A stretch of DNA of 13,548 nt from Archangiaceae bacterium (GTDB taxonomy: Bacteria; Myxococcota; Myxococcia; Myxococcales; Myxococcaceae): NCBI GenBank assembly GCA_043750125.1, contig JAYVCD010000244.1, positions 1 to 13,548 on the forward strand, given 5' to 3'. The notes under the pieces are model-generated. The model did not search any database. It saw only the letters and a list, made by a program, of their open reading frames with translations, and was not told the DNA's origin. The translations under genes and the position numbers were made by a program. Positions 7,149 to 13,548 of the stretch are shown piece by piece; the first letter of the stretch is position 1, and every line of letters starts with the position of its first letter.

Positions 7149-7913
7149 ATGACTGAGTTGGAAAAGCTCGAGAAAGGCCTGCTGGCGCACGTCGGCAAGG
7201 CGGTGCACGACTGGTCGCTGATCGCCGAGGGCGACAAGGTGATGGTCGCGGTCTCGGGCGGGAAGGACTCGTACACGATGCTGCACCTGCTCGCGTTGCT
7301 GCAGCAGCGCGCGCCGGTGAAGTTCGAGCTGTTGGCGGTGAACCTGGATCAAGGGCACCCCGGCTACCCCGGTCACCTGCTCGAAGGGTGGCTCAAGGAC
7401 CACGGCCACCCCCACCAGATGCTGGCGAAGGACACCTACTCGATCGTGCTCGAGAAGCTCGAGCCCGGCCAGACCCAGTGCTCGCTGTGCAGTCGGCTGC
7501 GCCGCGGAATTCTGTACAACGCCGCGGTCGAGCTCGGCTGCAACAAGATCGCGCTCGGTCACCACCGCGATGACCTGGTCCACACCCTGCTGCTCAACCT
7601 CTTCTTCGCCGGGCGAATGGGGGCGATGCCTCCCAAGCTGAGCAGCAACGATGGTCGCAACACCGTGATCCGCCCGATGGCCTACGCGCCGGAAGCCGAG
7701 ATCGCCCGCTTTGCCGAGCTGATGAAGTTTCCGATCATCCCCTGCGATTTGTGTGGCTCGCAGGAGAATCTGCAGCGCCAGCGGGTCAAGCGGCTGGTCG
7801 ATGAGTTGAGCAAAGACATTCCGCACGTGCGCAATTCGATTCTGTCTGCGATGGGTAACCTTCACACCGCCCACCTGATGGATCCCCGCTTCCCCAGTAC
7901 CCCGCCGACCTGA
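7149..7913 (+). CDS. ttcA: tRNA 2-thiocytidine(32) synthetase TtcA
   Basis: PP-loop VAVSGGKDS, NLDQG, CSLCSRLRRG, IALGHHRDD, MPPKL, IRPMAY and IIPCDLCGSQENLQR. Start placed at ATG 7149 (MTELEKLEK), because the 7083 start would overlap the divergent rnd start. Confidence 0.95.
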   Translation: MTELEKLEKGLLAHVGKAVHDWSLIAEGDKVMVAVSGGKDSYTMLHLLALLQQRAPVKFELLAVNLDQGHPGYPGHLLEGWLKDHGHPHQMLAKDTYSIVLEKLEPGQTQCSLCSRLRRGILYNAAVELGCNKIALGHHRDDLVHTLLLNLFFAGRMGAMPPKLSSNDGRNTVIRPMAYAPEAEIARFAELMKFPIIPCDLCGSQENLQRQRVKRLVDELSKDIPHVRNSILSAMGNLHTAHLMDPRFPSTPPT

Positions 7914-7926
7914 AGAGGTTCCACCC

Positions 7927-8751
7927 ATGCAGCGCGAAATGGCAGTCAACGCCCGCGAGCGAAACGCCGCCCTGATGGACGCGATGATCCTCGGAGCGAC
8001 CGCCGATGGTCACGTCTCGAAGCTCGAAAAAGACGCCCTGCTGCGACGGGTGGGCGAGCGCCCCGAGTTCGAAGGGACGAAGATCGAAGAGCTGAAGGAC
8101 CTGATCGAGGGCAGCGTCTTTCGCCTCTCGAAGACCCAGAAGCTCGAAGACGTGATGGCCTCGCTGCGCGCGCGGTTGCCGGATCACAAGAATCGCCTGC
8201 TCGCCTTCGGGTTGGCGACCGCGGTGGCGCTGGCGGACCAGCGCGCGACCAAGCAGGAAATGGGGCTGCTGAAGAAGCTGCAGGCAGGTCTGGGGATCAG
8301 TGAAGAGGAAGTGACGCGAATCATCGAAGTGGTGGAAGACGGCTCATCGCTCAGCGAAGCGCTGGGCGAGCCGGCCGAACGGCTGTACGCAGAAGTGATG
8401 GTGCTGGCTTCAGTGGCCGATGGGGTGCTCGAGGCCCCCGAGGCCGATGCGGTCGTCGAGCTGCTCGCCGGAGACCCGATCTTCGCGCACGTCAACGCGT
8501 CCGAAGCGCGCCGCATTGTGCGCGACTCGCTGCTGCACCTGAAAGAACAAGGCCTTCCAGCCCGGCTGGCGGTGCTCGCGCGTGGGCTCACCACCCACAA
8601 GCAACGGATCAAGGCCTTCAACCTGGCGGTGCGGGTCATCGACGCGTCGGACCACGAGCCGAGCACGCGGACCTCGAAGATGTTGGATCTTTTGCAAGCC
8701 ACCTTCGGGCTCGCCGATGATGAGGTCGCGAAGGCGCACGCGGAAAGCTGA
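7927..8751 (+). CDS. TerB-like (tellurite resistance TerB family) protein with two tandem TerB domains
   Basis: GAGG RBS upstream. Two repeats: AMILGATADGHVSKLE...QAGLGISEEEV and VMVLASVADGVLEAPE...QATFGLADDEV. The ADG-x5-E motif is typical of TerB. Confidence 0.8.
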   Translation: MQREMAVNARERNAALMDAMILGATADGHVSKLEKDALLRRVGERPEFEGTKIEELKDLIEGSVFRLSKTQKLEDVMASLRARLPDHKNRLLAFGLATAVALADQRATKQEMGLLKKLQAGLGISEEEVTRIIEVVEDGSSLSEALGEPAERLYAEVMVLASVADGVLEAPEADAVVELLAGDPIFAHVNASEARRIVRDSLLHLKEQGLPARLAVLARGLTTHKQRIKAFNLAVRVIDASDHEPSTRTSKMLDLLQATFGLADDEVAKAHAES

Positions 8752-9560
8752 TGGCCTCTTTACTCACCTCTCAAGCGTTGGTTCGGTTGGCGCTGCCGCC
8801 GTCACTGGGCCAAGGCGTGGCAGGCGAGCGCGGGCGCCGGCTCGAGACCTTCCTCGGCCAGGCGTTGAAGCGGACCACGCAGGTGGTGGTCGCTCCCAGC
8901 TACGAGGCGCTGGCCAAGCTGTTGTTGTCGGGAAAGTGCGAAGCGGCCTGGGCCCCTCCATTCGTCTGCGCACGAATCGAAGCGATGGGGGTGCGGGTGC
9001 TGGTGCGAGGGGTTCGCAATGGAGCCTCGAGCTACCGCGCCGCGATGCTGTGCCGCAGCGACAGCCCGTTGACCGTCGACACCCTGCAGGGAACGCGGGC
9101 CTCGTGGTGCGATCGCGATTCGGTGGGTGGGTACCTGCTGCCGCTGGCGCTGCTGCGAAACAAAGGGCTCGACCCGGGCAAGCTGTTCGCCGCGCAGATT
9201 TTTTCAGGCAGCTACCAGGCCTCGTTGGAAGCGCTGCTGAACGGCGAAGCAGATCTCACCAGCATCTTCACTCCGGCGGGAAGGGCGTCCGTCACCTCGG
9301 GCGTCGACGAGCTGCTGCCGGGCCGACAGCACCTGGTGAAGGTGCTCGCCTATACCGAAGAGTCTCCGAACGACGGAGTGGCGGTGGCGATGAGCGCTCC
9401 GGCTCAGCTGGCGACGGACCTCGAGAAGGTGCTGCTGCAGCTGCACGACTCGGCGGAAGGAAAGTCGATTTTGAAAGAGACGTTCAACGCAGATCGTTTC
9501 GAAGCGGCTCCGCGCATGGGCTACCGCGCGCTGTACCGGGTCGCGCTGGCGAGCCTTTAG
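8751..9560 (+). CDS. PhnD/PtxB-like (phosphate/phosphite/phosphonate) substrate-binding-fold protein lacking a signal peptide
   Basis: VVVAPSYEALAKLLLSGKCEAAWAPPF, SYRAAML, DRDSVGGYLLP, GSYQASLEALLNGEAD and SPNDGVAV. TGATG overlap with the upstream TerB gene indicates translational coupling. Confidence 0.8.
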   Translation: MASLLTSQALVRLALPPSLGQGVAGERGRRLETFLGQALKRTTQVVVAPSYEALAKLLLSGKCEAAWAPPFVCARIEAMGVRVLVRGVRNGASSYRAAMLCRSDSPLTVDTLQGTRASWCDRDSVGGYLLPLALLRNKGLDPGKLFAAQIFSGSYQASLEALLNGEADLTSIFTPAGRASVTSGVDELLPGRQHLVKVLAYTEESPNDGVAVAMSAPAQLATDLEKVLLQLHDSAEGKSILKETFNADRFEAAPRMGYRALYRVALASL

Positions 9561-9570
9561 AAAAGTCGGG

Positions 9571-11205
9571 CTACCACCGCAGCTTCATCTCGACCCGATC
9601 GGCGGCCGTCTTTTCCCAGGCGGTCTGAATCGTCAGCCCCGCCAGCCGCTGCAGCGCGGCGGTGGCCAGGCCGGCGTGGAACTGAATCGGCAGGACCTCG
9701 CCCTTGTAGATCAGCATTCCCGTCGTCGCGGTGAACGGGCCCACCACGCGATCTCCGGGCGCGAGCATCGGCTTGAGCGTCGCCATCATCGCCTTCATCA
9801 ACGCGTGGGGCGTCTGGCCCTTCAGCTGCTCGACCGGCTTACCCAGCGGGGACCTCAGCAGCCCGTCCATCGCCCAGGTTCCCATGTCTTGAAAGGCGGG
9901 GTCGACCCCACCGCTGTTCGGCGCGAGCAGCTCGACGGCCTTCCACAACAGGCGCAAGAATTCGGGAGTGGGGTAGGTGAGCGCATCGACGAACGTGCTC
10001 GCCTCGAGCATCGAAGAGCGCAGCTGCTCGGTCGCGCTGACCCCGATGACGCGCAGGGTGTGTCCGAACAAGGCGTTGAAGAAGAAGCCGGTGACCGCGT
10101 CGGCGGGGCCGCAGCTGTTGATGCGCAGCTTGAGCTCCTGGAGGTTGACGGTGACGTTGGTGGCGCGCGGCCGGGGCGCCGAGCTGCGCGGCTTGCTGCT
10201 TCGGGGAGCGGGCACCGGGTCGGGCTCTCCGGCTCCGCGGGTCGCAAGCGTCGGCTCGGTCTCTTCCTTCAAATCGTCCCGCGCGCTCTCGACCGGAAAC
10301 AGCTCGCGCATGTAGGCCGACAGATGTGCGGGGGTCGCCGGCAAGCGGCCTCGGACGAGGAAGTCTTCGATCGCCAGCTGCATCTGCCCCGCGGTCTGGT
10401 ACCGGTCGTCGCGGTTCTTCTCGAGCGCCTTCATCACGATCGCGTCGACCTGTTTGGGAATTCCGCGGGCCAGGGTCGAGGGCGGGGGAACTTCGCCGTA
10501 CACGATCGCTTTGAGCGTATCGGTGTCGTTGTCTCGCTTGAACAGCCGCTGCGAGGCGAGGATCTCGTAGAAGACGATTCCCAGACCGAAGATGTCCGAG
10601 CGCGAGTCGAGGTCGTGACCGCGCGCCTGCTCGGGTGACATGTACGCGTATTTCCCCTTGATCACCCCGGTCGCGGTGCGGTTGATTTTTCCGGCGGCTT
10701 TGGCGACTCCGAAGTCGATGAGCTTCACCGAGCCCGAGAAGCCCACGATGATGTTCTGGGGCGAGACGTCGCGGTGGATCAAATCGAGCGGCGCCCCCGA
10801 CGGACTGCGGGCCAGGTGGGCGAAGTCCAGCGCGGCTGCCGCGTCGGCGAGCACCCGGCACTTCAGCGCGAGCGGCATTCCTCCTTTGAGGTCCAGCGCC
10901 TGCTGGGCGACGGTGCGCAGGTTCTCGCCGGGCACGTATTCCATCGCGATGTAGAACTCGCCGTCCACTTCGCCGAGGTCGTAGATCTGCGCGATGTTCG
11001 GGTGGTTGAGCAGCGCAGCGATGCGCGCTTCATCGAAGAACATGTTCACGAATTCCTGCTCGGCGGTCAGGTGGGGCAGCAGCCGCTTGACCACCACCAG
11101 CTTCTGAAACCCGACCATTCCCTTCTGGCGCGCGAGCCAGACTTCGCCCATTCCTCCGACGGCGATCTTCTTCATCAGCTGGTAACGGCCGTAGGTCTCG
11201 GGCAT
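9571..11205 (-). CDS. Hanks-type Ser/Thr protein kinase with a C-terminal DUF2378/TIGR02265-like domain
   Basis: IAVGGMGEVWLA, VVVKRL, HPNIAQIYDLG, HRDVSPQN, DFG, YMSPEQ and DIFGLG. The tail LKLRINSCGPADAVTGFFF...TFVDALTYPTPEFLRLL resembles the Myxococcales DUF2378 family. Start at ATG 11205 (MPETYGRY) is preferred over GTG 11238. Confidence 0.9.
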   Translation of the reverse strand: MPETYGRYQLMKKIAVGGMGEVWLARQKGMVGFQKLVVVKRLLPHLTAEQEFVNMFFDEARIAALLNHPNIAQIYDLGEVDGEFYIAMEYVPGENLRTVAQQALDLKGGMPLALKCRVLADAAAALDFAHLARSPSGAPLDLIHRDVSPQNIIVGFSGSVKLIDFGVAKAAGKINRTATGVIKGKYAYMSPEQARGHDLDSRSDIFGLGIVFYEILASQRLFKRDNDTDTLKAIVYGEVPPPSTLARGIPKQVDAIVMKALEKNRDDRYQTAGQMQLAIEDFLVRGRLPATPAHLSAYMRELFPVESARDDLKEETEPTLATRGAGEPDPVPAPRSSKPRSSAPRPRATNVTVNLQELKLRINSCGPADAVTGFFFNALFGHTLRVIGVSATEQLRSSMLEASTFVDALTYPTPEFLRLLWKAVELLAPNSGGVDPAFQDMGTWAMDGLLRSPLGKPVEQLKGQTPHALMKAMMATLKPMLAPGDRVVGPFTATTGMLIYKGEVLPIQFHAGLATAALQRLAGLTIQTAWEKTAADRVEMKLRW

Positions 11206-11312
11206 CGCGATCAGCGCGGCAGAGTAGACCTTTCGCACTGGAAGGCCCTTGGATTGTTGGGGCTGATTTTCTGGAGTTCTGGTCCCCTTCTTTCCCGACA
11301 GTGAGGTCCTGG

Positions 11313-11942
11313 ATGACGCGCACCCTGGCAGTTCTGGTTGTCCTGGCGGGCAGTGTCTCGTCCGCGCAGACCGTCGATCTCTACTCCGGCCTGACCGCGA
11401 GCGTTTTTGTCCAACCGGGAATGAACGGCCTTTCCGAGCCCACCGACATTCGCTGGCTGCCCGATGGGCGAATGCTGATCACCGCCAAGCAGGGGACCTT
11501 CTACATTCGCCAGGCCAACGGGACTTTGACCAGCGCCGGCACGTTCGCCGTGGACGGCTCGAGCGAGAAGGGTTTGCTCGGGCTCGAGGTCGACCCGGAC
11601 TTCACCAACACCCGAAGGCTGTTCTTCTACTACTCGGCCTCGAATGCTTCCGGCGGCACCGACCTGGATCACCAGCGGGTCGTCTCGCGCCTGTTGATGG
11701 CCAACGATCAGCTTGCCGCGGGCGAGACGATTCTGGTGCGCGGGCTGCGCGGGCCGGCCAACCACGACGGCCGCGCGCTGGCCATCGGGCCCGACGGAAG
11801 GCGCTACATCGGAGTGGGCGATACCGGCTGCAATCAGGCCTGTTGTCCTGCCGCGCACCAACCCCCGTCAGCATGCGTTGGTCGGAGGCAACGTCTGGGG
11901 ACTCGAGGCGGTGCAGGCGGCCAACCCCGAACTGGCGATTGA
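11313..11942 (+). CDS. PQQ-dependent sugar dehydrogenase (glucose/sorbosone dehydrogenase, GSDH family), 3'-truncated; family similarity ends at ~11850
   Basis: GAGGT RBS before ATG 11313. Signal peptide MTRTLAVLVVLAGSVSSA|Q. Motifs PTDIRWLPDGRMLIT, EKGLLGLEVDPDF, LFFYYS and NHDGRALAIGPDGRRYIGVGDTG. Only ~180 aa resemble the family; the rest is non-family sequence overlapping the next frame. Confidence 0.75.
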   Translation: MTRTLAVLVVLAGSVSSAQTVDLYSGLTASVFVQPGMNGLSEPTDIRWLPDGRMLITAKQGTFYIRQANGTLTSAGTFAVDGSSEKGLLGLEVDPDFTNTRRLFFYYSASNASGGTDLDHQRVVSRLLMANDQLAAGETILVRGLRGPANHDGRALAIGPDGRRYIGVGDTGCNQACCPAAHQPPSACVGRRQRLGTRGGAGGQPRTGD

Positions 11943-12771
11943 ATTCGCGGACCAGTTCGCGCTGACGAAGAAGTTCGCGCTTCAAAATCTGCAAAGTGCG
12001 GCGCTGTTGGCGCTGACGGTACCCTCGGCCGGGCAGGCCGGGTCCAGCGCGAGCGTCACCGTGCGCGTCACCAATCGCACCGGCCATAAACTGCCCACCG
12101 GGTACGCCGATGGACGTCGGGTGGTGGTGCAGCTGTCGGTCGATGGTCAGATTTTTACCGGCGACTTTGATGCGGGGTCGTTGATCAACGACGGACAATT
12201 GCGGGTGTACGAAGCGCAGCACGGCCGCGCAGCCATCGGAGTCTCGGACCATCTGGCGTTGCACGAGGCGGTGGTGAAGGACTCCCGCATTCCTCCGGCG
12301 GGAATGGTGGCGACCGCGGCGACCCAGCCGGTGGCAGTGTCCTGGTTCGACCAGAGTGACGGCGGGCTTCGCGATTACGACGAGACGACGTTCGCCGTGC
12401 CGCTGGCCCCCACGCTTTCTGACGGGGCGAAAGTGAAAGTCGTGGTCCGCCTGCTCTACCAATCGACCACCCCCGAATACGTCGCGTTTCGGGCTGCGGA
12501 AAACCGAACCGACACCTCGGGTCAGCGGCTGCAGCAGATTTACGAGGCGACCGGCAGGGGGCCCCCGATTCAGATGGCTCAGGCCGAAGGCGAGCTGACC
12601 GTTTCCCGGCCGCAGCTTTCGACGGTCGACGCAGGGACGGGGAGCGAGGGGGTGGGCAGCTGTCACTGCCAGAGCGGCTCGGGCGTCACCGGCCTGGCGG
12701 TGTGGTTGTTGCTGGCTGGGCGTCGAAAGAAGAAGTCGCCTCAGCCGGGCCATTCCCACGCCGAACGGTAG
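11851..12771 (+). pseudogene. C-terminal fragment of a probable multiheme cytochrome c family protein with a MYXO-CTERM-like tail (no start codon or heme motifs retained)
   Basis: HALVGGN, VRVTNRTGHKLPTGYADGRR, YEAQHG and KDSRIPPAG are typical of the domain that follows CxxCH clusters in bacterial multiheme cytochromes. Ends GSCHCQSGSGVTGLAVWLLLAGRRKKK. No CxxCH is present. The ORF part before ~11850 is only a shadow of the GSDH frame. Confidence 0.6.
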
Positions 12772-13469
12772 CCGCCGACCTTCTGGGCGTACTCGACCAG
12801 CGCGGCAAAGTACGGGTGGGCGCTGACGGTGGCCGAGTCACCGACGATGAACAGGTGGCGACGCGCGCGGGTGAGGGCGACGTTGATCCGGCGCAGGTCG
12901 GTGAGAAAGCCGAGCGTTTGGTCCACATTGCTGCGCACCAATGAGACCAGCACCGCCTCTTTCTCTCGCCCTTGAAACGCGTCGATGGTGTCGACCTCGA
13001 GCTGTTCCAGATCGCCCAGCTGTTCGCGAATGAAGGCCGCCTGGGCCCGGTAGGGCGAAATGATCGCCAGCTCTTGGGGCGGCAGCCCGGCGGCGAGCAG
13101 GGCGCGGGCCCGGGTGATGATCAGCTCGGCCTCGCCTTCGTTGCGCAGCGACTCGGTGCCGGGTGCTTTTGATTCGTCAAAGCCCTTTCCCGCGGTATCG
13201 AGGAACAGCAGCGGAGGTGTCTCGAGTCCCAGCTCGAGAACGCGGTCGCTGACCGACGGGTGAGCCCGCAGTTGACCGCCATAGGTCTGGGTCGACGGAA
13301 ATTCCATCAGCACCCGGTTCATCCGGTACTGCTCCTTGAGCAGGCGCTTCACCTTCGGCCCGTGCTCTTCGAGCAGCCGTTCGAACAGGCTGACCGACAG
13401 GCCCTGTTCCTTTGCTTCGGTGGACAGCACGGTGGCCGACAGCTGCTGCGGGTCTCCGGCGAGGATCAC
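12741..13469 (-). CDS. Upf1/DNA2/IGHMBP2-like superfamily 1 helicase, C-terminal half only (5'-truncated)
   Basis: Motif III ILAGDPQQL, SLFERL, QYRM, ISPYRAQ, TIDAFQGREK and GFLTDLRRINVALTRAR. The in-frame upstream sequence (RRTPRSAGSSTARSGSTGRPPPPGAI) lacks the expected Walker B DEAxQ. Confidence 0.85.
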   Translation of the reverse strand: MILAGDPQQLSATVLSTEAKEQGLSVSLFERLLEEHGPKVKRLLKEQYRMNRVLMEFPSTQTYGGQLRAHPSVSDRVLELGLETPPLLFLDTAGKGFDESKAPGTESLRNEGEAELIITRARALLAAGLPPQELAIISPYRAQAAFIREQLGDLEQLEVDTIDAFQGREKEAVLVSLVRSNVDQTLGFLTDLRRINVALTRARRHLFIVGDSATVSAHPYFAALVEYAQKVGGYRSAWEWPG

Positions 13470-13474
13470 GATCG

Positions 13475-13548
13475 CTCCTGGTGGTGGAGGACGACCTGTC
13501 GATCCTGACCGGGCTGTCGATGAACCTGCGCTTCGAGGGGTTCGACGT
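13475..13548 (+). CDS. N-terminal fragment of a response-regulator receiver domain (OmpR-like start); no start codon, runs off the window
   Basis: Translates LLVVEDDLSILTGLSMNLRFEGFD(V), a classic receiver beta1-alpha1-beta2. It is absent from the supplied ORF track. Confidence 0.75.

Noticed and set aside
8582..9628. 348-aa alternative-frame ORF over the TerB/PhnD-like genes (also 9839-10861 over the kinase)
   Set aside because: Arg/Gly/Ala-rich low-information translation typical of off-frame GC-rich sequence.
11840..11870. Programmed +1 frameshift producing a functional GSDH-cytochrome fusion
   Set aside because: No recognisable slippery site, and the product would have an incomplete propeller and no CxxCH heme motifs. 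A deletion or chimera explains it better.
12655..12675. SCHC as a heme-binding motif
   Set aside because: It is not CxxCH. Its position before a hydrophobic stretch and RRKKK fits the Cys motif of a MYXO-CTERM-like sorting signal.
7927..13469. TerB + kinase + SF1 helicase as an anti-phage or ter-type defence island
   Set aside because: The genes are on different strands, are separated by unrelated genes and a breakpoint, and sit among housekeeping genes (rnd, ttcA). There is no compositional shift or mobility gene.

Overview
This is a GC-rich, gene-dense window that looks like a myxobacterial (Myxococcota, Archangiaceae/Myxococcaceae-like) chromosome. That assignment is inferred from a DUF2378/TIGR02265-like domain, a MYXO-CTERM-like tail and a Myxococcales-type Hanks kinase. 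Gene order: 3' part of a DUF1501 gene plus terminator; a small Cys/His-rich lipoprotein; a lipoprotein with a BsuPI-like C-terminus; an Omp85/BamA-TamA-type outer-membrane protein; a response regulator; UPF0489 and RNase D (minus strand); ttcA, a tandem TerB-like protein and a signal-less PhnD-like binding protein; a Ser/Thr kinase-DUF2378 fusion (minus strand). The last ~2.3 kb holds two apparent breakpoints. At ~11850 the 5' half of a PQQ-dependent sugar dehydrogenase (GSDH family) runs out of frame into the heme-less 3' half of a probable multiheme cytochrome c with a MYXO-CTERM-like tail. At ~13472 a 5'-truncated Upf1/IGHMBP2-like helicase directly abuts a start-less response-regulator fragment on the opposite strand. 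These are either real deletions or assembly/amplification chimeras. I saw no RNA genes, CRISPR arrays or mobile elements, and I cannot support a clearly new multi-gene system. All family assignments come from motif recognition by eye, not database searches.
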